From a virus (lineage: Duplodnaviria; Caudoviricetes), in the IMG/VR virus record IMGVR_UViG_3300031998_000004: DNA of 64,000 nt. One strand, 5' to 3'. Positions 38,611 through 45,326 of this stretch are shown one piece after another. Under the pieces are notes generated by a model. It did no database searches and was not told the DNA's origin. It saw nothing but the letters and a program-made list of their open reading frames with translations. The number at the start of each line of letters is the position of its first letter. Position 1 is the first letter of the stretch. The position numbers and the translations under genes were made by a program.

Positions 38611-38624
38611 TATTTCAAAGATCA
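38611..38624 (-). promoter_or_regulatory. boxA-like antitermination element TGATCTTTGAAATA
   Basis: Resembles rrn boxA (TGCTCTTTAACA / GATCTTTGAAA variants); lies between attenuator and first tRNA. Confidence 0.5.
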
Positions 38625-38659
38625 AAAAAAATCACCCGAACTATCTCAGCTCAAGCGAT
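38624..38659 (-). terminator. Attenuator terminator of tRNA array 1
   Basis: ATCGCTTGAGCT-GAGAT-AGTTCGGGTGAT followed by T7. Confidence 0.8.
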
Positions 38660-38694
38660 CTCGTTTTATATGCGTAAAATTATTTTCTGAGACC

Positions 38695-38772
38695 TTACTT
38701 GAGCATAGTAGTGCGACCACACCAACCTTGATGCTGTCCGCGAATACCGATATGTCCAATGTTTGTTCTCAT
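38695..38772 (-). CDS. Putative attenuator leader peptide 1 (MRTNIGHIGIRGQHQGWCGRTTMLK)
   Basis: 25-codon ORF; 17 of codons 5-22 are read by the downstream array; 3' end complementary to terminator 5' arm. Confidence 0.8.
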   Translation of the reverse strand: MRTNIGHIGIRGQHQGWCGRTTMLK

Positions 38773-38803
38773 GTTATTATAATACAAAATATCTCTTAAA
38801 AAT

Positions 38804-39346
38804 TTAAACCTTCATATACTTTTTTATTATATCTTGTGCTTTTTTAGAGATTGTTCCAGGAATATATTCAAGTCCACTATCCCAACCAGCATCTTCAAGC
38901 TTCTTTATTGATGATCTACCATCACCAATACTTAACCATTTAATATATGGGTCCCAGTTAAAACATATATCAAAGTCGTTTGCATCATCTATGTCAGTAA
39001 GTGAAAATGTATATTGTCTTCCATTGCATATCTCTTGTGCTTCGTGACGCATGTATATTGTCTCGGGGCAGAGAATATAAATATCATAGTTATCAATATC
39101 TTCAACCGCAATATCTTCAACCGCAACTATACAATCGTCTTCATTATATACTACTTCATATTCATCATCAAGGTCTCCAAGAGTCACATTCGACTTATTA
39201 CCAAAGTACTTCTTACGCCTCTTCTGGTAGTACTCTTCACACTTCTTCCAATCGGGTTCATAGATAGTCACACCGTTGATTTTGATAGCAGATTTGATAT
39301 TGTCATTAAAGACTCCTTCGTTTATAAATTCACTTAAACTTTTCAT
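38804..39346 (-). CDS. Hypothetical protein, CTS-like N-terminus (MKSLSEFINEGVFNDNI)
   Basis: ORF track. Confidence 0.75.
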   Translation of the reverse strand: MKSLSEFINEGVFNDNIKSAIKINGVTIYEPDWKKCEEYYQKRRKKYFGNKSNVTLGDLDDEYEVVYNEDDCIVAVEDIAVEDIDNYDIYILCPETIYMRHEAQEICNGRQYTFSLTDIDDANDFDICFNWDPYIKWLSIGDGRSSIKKLEDAGWDSGLEYIPGTISKKAQDIIKKYMKV

Positions 39347-39349
39347 ATC

Positions 39350-39784
39350 TTACCATCTTTTCCATTCATCCCAACCACGTTGAGTAACACCTTTCTGATC
39401 CTGAGGAAGAGCACCGCTTTCGTAGAACTCTTTACTTACATGTACTCTTTTTTCTCCATACTTAACTGTATTTAAATACATCCAATACTTATCATCACCA
39501 ATTCTGTATCCTTTGACTGTTCCAAATCCTGGTAGCATGTCTTGCTCTACATCTAGTCCATCAACCTTTTTACAGTAGTTGATGATTCTAGCATAAAGAT
39601 TTCGTCCATCTTTAACTGTTACCGTCGAAGGATTTATCTCATACCACTCTCTACTACTTCCCTGATAGTCACGGCAAAGAGCAACCCCGTCTCCGAAGAA
39701 CTTCTTAATTACATAAGCAAGTTTCTCGGGAACTATTTTACTTTTGACGTTATCTGTAAAGAGACTTTCTTGTAGTGATTTCAT
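39350..39784 (-). CDS. Hypothetical protein, CTS-like N-terminus (MKSLQESLFTDN)
   Basis: ORF track. Confidence 0.75.
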   Translation of the reverse strand: MKSLQESLFTDNVKSKIVPEKLAYVIKKFFGDGVALCRDYQGSSREWYEINPSTVTVKDGRNLYARIINYCKKVDGLDVEQDMLPGFGTVKGYRIGDDKYWMYLNTVKYGEKRVHVSKEFYESGALPQDQKGVTQRGWDEWKRW

Positions 39785-41064
39785 ACTAAACTTTCTTGTA
39801 AGGATTTTGGTTTCATAGTGTATTTACTATAACCAATGATACGGTTGAGTGGAACGAATCCACCAGTCCACTTCATCATCTTGCCTTTATAACTGAATAC
39901 TATACCTTCGGCACTTCTGAGATTCTCTTCACCAATCTCCCTTAAAACATCTAACCACTTCTGTAAGAATTCGTTATCTTCGAGAGAACCTTCCCTTCTG
40001 ATCTTTTCGGTGGCAACTTTCAAATCACCAAGAAGACTCTTGATGGTTCCATCTTGCCCGTCATTAACAAAACCACTGGTCACTTTAATAACATCAGCAC
40101 CCATACTATAGAAGAAATTTTGAAGTGGTGTGAGTACAGTATTAACTACTTTACTAGATGTCTTATCAAGTTTAACAAAACCATCAAGATTATCCTGATA
40201 TATTGCTTTGAGGTCCTTGAGAGATGCAGCTGTCTTATCTCCAAACACCCATCTCCTACAACAATCCATTGCTGCTTTATGATCCTCGCCTAACCACGGT
40301 TCATATTTCTCAACCCATTTAAAGAAGAGACTATATTTGAGACCTTCTATAGTAACATCTGGAGCACAATCGCATTGTTTTAAGAACTTCTGCCACTCAC
40401 CCAACCATTTCTTTTCGAGTTTTGCAGTTTCCTCACTATACTTAATGATAACAGGAGGAGTGATCTTCGCATTGTCGATTCCCTCACAAGCCTTTTCCAA
40501 CACATCTAGTCCTTTCTTGGTTACTTCTGTATTCTTCCATTCACTATCACTTTCTTGTTTTTCGTATATCCATATATTATGAAAGTCTACTTGATCAGAA
40601 GGATAGGGAATAGTATTTGTAGTTCCTGCAAGGATACATTCGCAGTTAACAACAAGTCTCTTAAGGGGCGATGGATTAAACCACTCTGGTCCGATCTTCC
40701 TAAACACAGCTTCAATGATCTTACCACCACGCGTGTAGTTATCAAGAGCATGGGGATTCTCCTTCCATTGTTCTGCAAAATCACTTAATGTCATTCCACC
40801 TTTCTCACTATTGAGATTGGTTTTATTGCGAATGAATACGACATCCCCTTTAGGATTCATACTTGCTTGCATACCAAATCCATCCATCTTCTCTGTCATA
40901 CCTTCCATCTTGCCCCCGAACATGGTACGGATAAGTTCTTCGATATCATATCCAGTAAACTCATCCACATCATATGGATGGAGCATATGTCCACTTGCTC
41001 CACCTTCAAGAACTGGCTCATTAATAGATAGTCTTTCTGTAAAATATTGTGAAAAGTGTTTCAT
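39781..41064 (-). CDS. DUF6267-like protein with ligase/nucleotidyltransferase-like motifs
   Basis: EGGA.GHM.HP.D, TEKMDG (KxDG), EGIV, K.TG.F.P.N.I. Confidence 0.6.
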   Translation of the reverse strand: MKHFSQYFTERLSINEPVLEGGASGHMLHPYDVDEFTGYDIEELIRTMFGGKMEGMTEKMDGFGMQASMNPKGDVVFIRNKTNLNSEKGGMTLSDFAEQWKENPHALDNYTRGGKIIEAVFRKIGPEWFNPSPLKRLVVNCECILAGTTNTIPYPSDQVDFHNIWIYEKQESDSEWKNTEVTKKGLDVLEKACEGIDNAKITPPVIIKYSEETAKLEKKWLGEWQKFLKQCDCAPDVTIEGLKYSLFFKWVEKYEPWLGEDHKAAMDCCRRWVFGDKTAASLKDLKAIYQDNLDGFVKLDKTSSKVVNTVLTPLQNFFYSMGADVIKVTSGFVNDGQDGTIKSLLGDLKVATEKIRREGSLEDNEFLQKWLDVLREIGEENLRSAEGIVFSYKGKMMKWTGGFVPLNRIIGYSKYTMKPKSLQESLV

Positions 41065-42029
41065 TACTTAAGATCTTTAAATTTAGCCCCATTAAGGAGA
41101 ATATTGAGTGCGGATCCTGTATTTGCTGGAGCCGCGTCATCAGGTCCAGTTATCCCAGCACGATCAGTCTGTGGCATAACAGGACGTGGTGCTGCCCATG
41201 AAGGAGGAGTCTGTTTACGAGAAACAAATATGTCTCTATTCTTCTCTACAAGTTTGCCAATATCTTCTGCAGATTTGACATCTACACCAGCATCATTCAA
41301 ATACTTAATTGCATCTGCAAGTATATTATCGTGTCCTTTGAAAAGTTCTACAACGCGCTTTGCAAGCTTATCACCTTTAAGAGCGGAACCAAAGATATTG
41401 TTTTGAGGAGCAGCCTTACCAACAGGAAGTTTTCCTCCGTCCCCTTTATTAGGTTTACTATCATCACCAATAATAGCTGCAATCATTCCCTGAACTATTT
41501 TAAGAAAATCCTGCACAGGCTCAGGGCCTTCAACCACCATACAACTAACATGAGCATCTGGATTCATAAGTCCGACCTGACTCCATCTGTGATGACCATC
41601 AATAATCCAGTTTTTACCTTTATCCTTATATACAAGCACAGGTACTGCAAAGTTTGCTCCAAAAGCACTACCATCAAACATCTGTGGAATACATCTTACT
41701 CCCCAGTCCTTCGTCGCCCACTTTGCCGAGTTCTCAATATCGATTTCTGATTGTGTAGGATAGAGGTCTGCACAAGAGATACTCTGGCCAGGAGAGGCTG
41801 TATATTTCTTTCCTTCCTCATTCTGTCCGTCAAAGAGGTCTTTAAGAGCAGCCATCCAAAGTTTAGTATTATCTCCACTCTGTGTCTTTCCAAGAATCTT
41901 ATTTAGTTCATCAACAAAAACCTTCAAGTTGCCTTTCTTACTAAGGTCCTGAAGCATTTTATCACTGAGTTCTTTAACGTCTTCTGATTTTTCAAGCTTT
42001 TCAATTATATATTGTACAAGATGTTTCAT
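41064..42029 (-). CDS. ParB/Srx-like domain protein, CTS-like N-terminus
   Basis: LYPTQSEID, IIDGHHRW, PR..MPQ. Confidence 0.75.
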   Translation of the reverse strand: MKHLVQYIIEKLEKSEDVKELSDKMLQDLSKKGNLKVFVDELNKILGKTQSGDNTKLWMAALKDLFDGQNEEGKKYTASPGQSISCADLYPTQSEIDIENSAKWATKDWGVRCIPQMFDGSAFGANFAVPVLVYKDKGKNWIIDGHHRWSQVGLMNPDAHVSCMVVEGPEPVQDFLKIVQGMIAAIIGDDSKPNKGDGGKLPVGKAAPQNNIFGSALKGDKLAKRVVELFKGHDNILADAIKYLNDAGVDVKSAEDIGKLVEKNRDIFVSRKQTPPSWAAPRPVMPQTDRAGITGPDDAAPANTGSALNILLNGAKFKDLK

Positions 42030-42047
42030 GGATAAATAATCATCAAA

Positions 42048-42074
42048 AAAGGACCTCCCTTAAAGAGATCCTTT
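42048..42074 (-). terminator. Terminator at end of Ser/Leu tRNA unit
   Basis: AAAGGATCTC..GAGGTCCTTTTTT on minus strand. Confidence 0.7.
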
Positions 42075-42076
42075 CG

Positions 42077-42154
42077 TGGTAGCCCGGGTGGGATTCGAAC
42101 CCACATCTTTTTCGCTTTTGAGGCGAACACGTCTCCCAGTTGCGTCACCGGGCC
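42077..42154 (-). tRNA. tRNA-Leu(CAA) with short variable region
   Basis: TTCGC-CT CAA AA-GCGAA, A73, encoded CCA. Confidence 0.88.
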
Positions 42155-42160
42155 ATTATA

Positions 42161-42664
42161 CTATTTCTTCACAACCCAGTCAGCAAGAGTAGTGATAAGA
42201 GGACCGAAGGTCTTATAACGAACCTCGAATCCATATGACTCAAGCCATCCCTTTGAAGAAGCATAAGCTACATTGGAGCCAGCGTCTTCACGTGGGTTGA
42301 TATCAATGTCTATGTAACGGACAGGAACACCGCTTTCACGAATCCTCATGGCGACATCAAGTGATGCCTGCGTCTCAGCAGTCATTCTATCGAAGATTTC
42401 GGTCTTCTTGTAGCGTCTGGTCTTCCAACGACTGAACACACAGTGAGCGCCGTGCCCGTGTCCATCCCCATCACCTTTGTCATACATAGCGACTATAGTT
42501 GAGAATACAGTGTATGGTCCTTTGTTCTGTGAGTCGGTTCCAACCATCACATCAATATTCTGGTGGGTACTGTAGTACTCTTTCACATACTGCTCAATGT
42601 TGTCTAGCTTCTCTCCAGTAAACTTCTTAAATGAGAAAGCTCCATTTATCTTCTCTTGTTCCAT
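42161..42664 (-). CDS. RNase H-like YkuK/DUF458 family protein
   Basis: VGTDSQ, R...E...S, IDIDIN, AD. Confidence 0.8.
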   Translation of the reverse strand: MEQEKINGAFSFKKFTGEKLDNIEQYVKEYYSTHQNIDVMVGTDSQNKGPYTVFSTIVAMYDKGDGDGHGHGAHCVFSRWKTRRYKKTEIFDRMTAETQASLDVAMRIRESGVPVRYIDIDINPREDAGSNVAYASSKGWLESYGFEVRYKTFGPLITTLADWVVKK

Positions 42665-42687
42665 GACTATATTTATTTAATCTTTTG

Positions 42688-42776
42688 CGGAGAGCACTGG
42701 AGTCGAACCAGATCCGGGTTTTAACCGAACGAACCGCCTTCCAAACGGACGCCCTCACCGTCGGGCTTTACTCTCC
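42688..42776 (-). tRNA. tRNA-Ser(GGA)
   Basis: Long variable arm, G73, anticodon GGA. Confidence 0.88.
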
Positions 42777-42785
42777 ATTATAATG

Positions 42786-42874
42786 CGGAAGAAGGAGGAG
42801 TCGAACCCCAAGCCTTGTTTAAGGGCTCAATCCGCTTTCGAGACGGTTTCGGTCACCGTTCCGATTCTTCTTCC
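42786..42874 (-). tRNA. tRNA-Ser(CGA)
   Basis: Long variable arm, G73, anticodon CGA. Confidence 0.88.
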
Positions 42875-42882
42875 AAACCGTG

Positions 42883-42966
42883 CGGAGGGAAGAGGAGTCG
42901 AACCCCAGCCCAAAAGGACCAATCCGCTTTCAAGACGGTTCCCATCTCCGTCAGGGTTTGCCCTCC
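42883..42966 (-). tRNA. tRNA-Ser(TGA)
   Basis: Long variable arm, G73, anticodon TGA. Confidence 0.88.
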
Positions 42967-42975
42967 ACAGTGTTG

Positions 42976-43066
42976 CGGTGGGAGTGGGGCTCGAACCCAC
43001 GCGCCGGGTTTTAACCGACCTAACGGTTTAGCAAACCGTCCCCTTCACCAACTTGGGTATCCCACC
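42976..43066 (-). tRNA. tRNA-Ser(GCT)
   Basis: Long variable arm, G73, anticodon GCT. Confidence 0.92.
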
Positions 43067-43073
43067 GGGTACT

Positions 43074-43409
43074 TTATATCTCTTTATTCTGTAACATCCT
43101 CAGAGCTTCACGAGTACCAGGACATTTGTCATTGACATAGTCTTCATCGAATGCCCCGTTCTTGTCCCAACAAGCTTCTACGATTGCAATGTTGGAAACA
43201 ATCACACCATCGATATTTTTACTCAGACCTTTGATCGCGGGTGTGAGATCATCGATGTTGGCCGGTTTCTCTCGCCCGACTAGCCAGACTTCATTGTGTC
43301 TGGTTACAACCTGACCCCATGTGACCTTGAAGATGTTTTTAAGGAACTCTCCTACCTGTGGCGTCTTCTTACCACGTTTTGAAATGATAATGCTGTAAAC
43401 GTTATACAT
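43074..43409 (-). CDS. Hypothetical protein within Ser/Leu tRNA unit
   Basis: ORF track, A-rich upstream region. Confidence 0.7.
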   Translation of the reverse strand: MYNVYSIIISKRGKKTPQVGEFLKNIFKVTWGQVVTRHNEVWLVGREKPANIDDLTPAIKGLSKNIDGVIVSNIAIVEACWDKNGAFDEDYVNDKCPGTREALRMLQNKEI

Positions 43410-43449
43410 ACTTAATGTTTTGTTTTTTGTTTATTGAGTTATATATAAC

Positions 43450-43478
43450 AAAAAAGAGCTGCATCTTTTGTGCAACTC
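43450..43478 (-). terminator. Attenuator terminator of Ser/Leu tRNA unit
   Basis: GAGTTGCA-CAAAAGA-TGCAGCTC followed by T6. Confidence 0.8.
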
Positions 43479-43511
43479 CGAAAAAAATCACTCGTATACT
43501 AAATTGCACAA

Positions 43512-43577
43512 CTAACCGATAGTCCTATCGAGAGAACTACTCAATGACAATTCAATATTCGCATATGTTCTTTTCAT
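43512..43577 (-). CDS. Putative attenuator leader peptide 2 (MKRTYANIELSLSSSLDRTIG)
   Basis: Codons 10-15 TTG TCA TTG AGT AGT TCT match downstream Leu(CAA)/Ser tRNAs; TTGTGCAATTT after the stop pairs with terminator 5' arm. Confidence 0.75.
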   Translation of the reverse strand: MKRTYANIELSLSSSLDRTIG

Positions 43578-43581
43578 ATCC

Positions 43582-43657
43582 TGGAGCAGCACGCGAGATT
43601 CGAACTCGTACCTTAACCTTGGGAAGGTCATATGCTAACCACTAACACTAGTGCTGC
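43582..43657 (-). tRNA. tRNA-Gly(CCC)
   Basis: TGACC-TT CCC AA-GGTTA, U73, encoded CCA. Confidence 0.9.
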
Positions 43658-43689
43658 ATTTATGTAACTTATTGATTATCAATCAAATG

Positions 43690-44115
43690 CGGAAGGTAAG
43701 AGATTCGAACTCCTGGGCCGCTCACGCGACCAACGGTTTTCCTTACACACATTCCTTTCGGATCGTGGTCTGGACTCTATCTTAACCATATTGAAATCTT
43801 GCAAGATACCTTTAGCAGTGTTCCAATACACTATATTAATTCGGACTGGATTTCTTTTTAACCGAACTAAAGATAATTTCAACTTAGGTTCCTCCTGTAT
43901 AGTCTCTACACACTGTCTAACTTATCGGTCTCACTACGTCAAGCTGGGAATTACTCCAACTCCGGACTTAAAAGTTTTAACATTGGCTCGGTATTACCAT
44001 CAGCATTACCTGTTAAGGTTCTACCGAATTAGGGAGGTTCTACTTCTTTTCTTTCAAAAAGAGCACTCGAATTAAAAATCAAGACCGCCGCTTTAGACCA
44101 CTCAGCCAACCTTCC
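43690..44115 (-). tRNA. tRNA-Ser(TGA) interrupted by group I intron
   Basis: Exons 44115-44081 and 43741-43690 reconstitute GCGGT-CT TGA AA-ACCGT, long variable arm, G73. Confidence 0.88.
43742..44080 (-). mobile_element. Group I self-splicing intron (339 nt, no ORF) inserted after anticodon U34
   Basis: P AATTCGGTAGAAC, Q AATACCGAGC, R GTAGAGACTA, S AAGATAGAGTCC; P1 U.G pair at 5' splice site; terminal G. Confidence 0.88.
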
Positions 44116-44134
44116 AATATTTATATTAAAAATA

Positions 44135-44662
44135 CTAATAACCCTTCAATTCTTTAAGTTTCTGTAATTCCTTTTTTGGTAACTCCCGTAGAGTAGCTCT
44201 CCAAATATCTGTTTCTACTGCATCATCAAGTTGTAATCCAAATATTCCACCCGCGGTTTCCGGAAAGAGATGATTGCATATAGTTTGATAAATACTCGAC
44301 TGACCACCAAAGTTATAATACCAGCATCCCGACCATCCTTGGTGTTTATACCGTTCGATGTCTAATCCCATTATCTCTGCGAACGCATCTCGAATCTCAA
44401 TTGATCTTGTATGATTCATCCAACGAAGATAATCCGGATCTCTCTTGATGCGCTTCTCTATAGAAGTCCCTCTTAACACCATCCGCACCCAATTCATAAT
44501 CCTCAAGATGCACTTATTGTGGTCGCTCTCCGCAGCAATATAGTTTTTATACTCATGATCATCCGACTTTTGTATCTCTCGTCGAATCTCTCGTTGTCTC
44601 TCGGACAAGAGTTTGATCAGTCTGTTAAGTTCAATTACTTTACTTTTTAAGAATGGCGTCAT
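44135..44662 (-). CDS. Hypothetical protein, paralog of 45992-46486
   Basis: ILRIMNWVRMVLRGTSIE vs ILKIIQWVRYLLKGDSIE; start revised to MTPFLK. Confidence 0.7.
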   Translation of the reverse strand: MTPFLKSKVIELNRLIKLLSERQREIRREIQKSDDHEYKNYIAAESDHNKCILRIMNWVRMVLRGTSIEKRIKRDPDYLRWMNHTRSIEIRDAFAEIMGLDIERYKHQGWSGCWYYNFGGQSSIYQTICNHLFPETAGGIFGLQLDDAVETDIWRATLRELPKKELQKLKELKGY

Positions 44663-44773
44663 ACAAATATATATAACAAAAAAGAGAGCCTTGTTTAAGA
44701 CTCTCTTTTCTCGACACAACACCAATTAGTTATTTTGATATGAAGGATAGTTACCATAATTTGTACGGTTACT

Positions 44774-45304
44774 TCACACTTCTATATTAGTATTTTCGTC
44801 TGTTATAGCATAGTTATCAAGTGAATCCAATACCTTGAGATGATACACGTATACGCCAGATACTCCTGGATTGGGAATAGTGAATGGAACGGGAGTGCCT
44901 TTATCAATATTTGTATATTCCTGAAGATATACTTCATTTCCATTTATAACCTGATATAATACCGCACGCTTCACGCCAGTACCACCATCAATCTTAAACT
45001 GTCCATTGATAATCTCGCCTTCTTCAGCATTAAAATCATTATCTCCAATAAGATGAAGTGTAAGAGATAACTGTTCCACTTTTTGAACAAGATCTTCATC
45101 TTTAATACCAGTCTTCCACTGATACTCTTCGAAATTATTTTCGGTTTCGATGGCAACAGTTAATCCGCGACGTCTTCTGGCTATAGGTATATTTGCACAA
45201 GCTTCCTCTATTGATGACCATGGACCATAAAGCGCGTCTACATTGGCTACAGGAGACGTTACAAGAACCGGTTTTGATATATTAAACGATTTTGGCAATA
45301 CCAT
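44774..45304 (-). CDS. Tail-fibre-associated protein
   Basis: VDALYGPW.S..EA...IP...R..GLTV.I motif typical of Bacteroidota phage tail proteins. Confidence 0.55.
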   Translation of the reverse strand: MVLPKSFNISKPVLVTSPVANVDALYGPWSSIEEACANIPIARRRRGLTVAIETENNFEEYQWKTGIKDEDLVQKVEQLSLTLHLIGDNDFNAEEGEIINGQFKIDGGTGVKRAVLYQVINGNEVYLQEYTNIDKGTPVPFTIPNPGVSGVYVYHLKVLDSLDNYAITDENTNIEV

Positions 45305-45326
45305 ATATTATATGTATGATTTTTTT

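Noticed and set aside
39096-39125. 15-bp tandem duplication (IAVEDIAVED)
   Set aside because: Simple in-frame slippage duplication with no further structure
31430-44075. Track ORFs 31430-31621, 31810-32040, 38424-38618, 42783-43031, 42815-43135, 43679-43882, 43791-44075
   Set aside because: They overlap tRNA genes or the intron and are translation shadows
31400-44115. CRISPR array
   Set aside because: The periodic repeats are tRNA T-arms; no identical direct repeats with unique spacers and no cas genes
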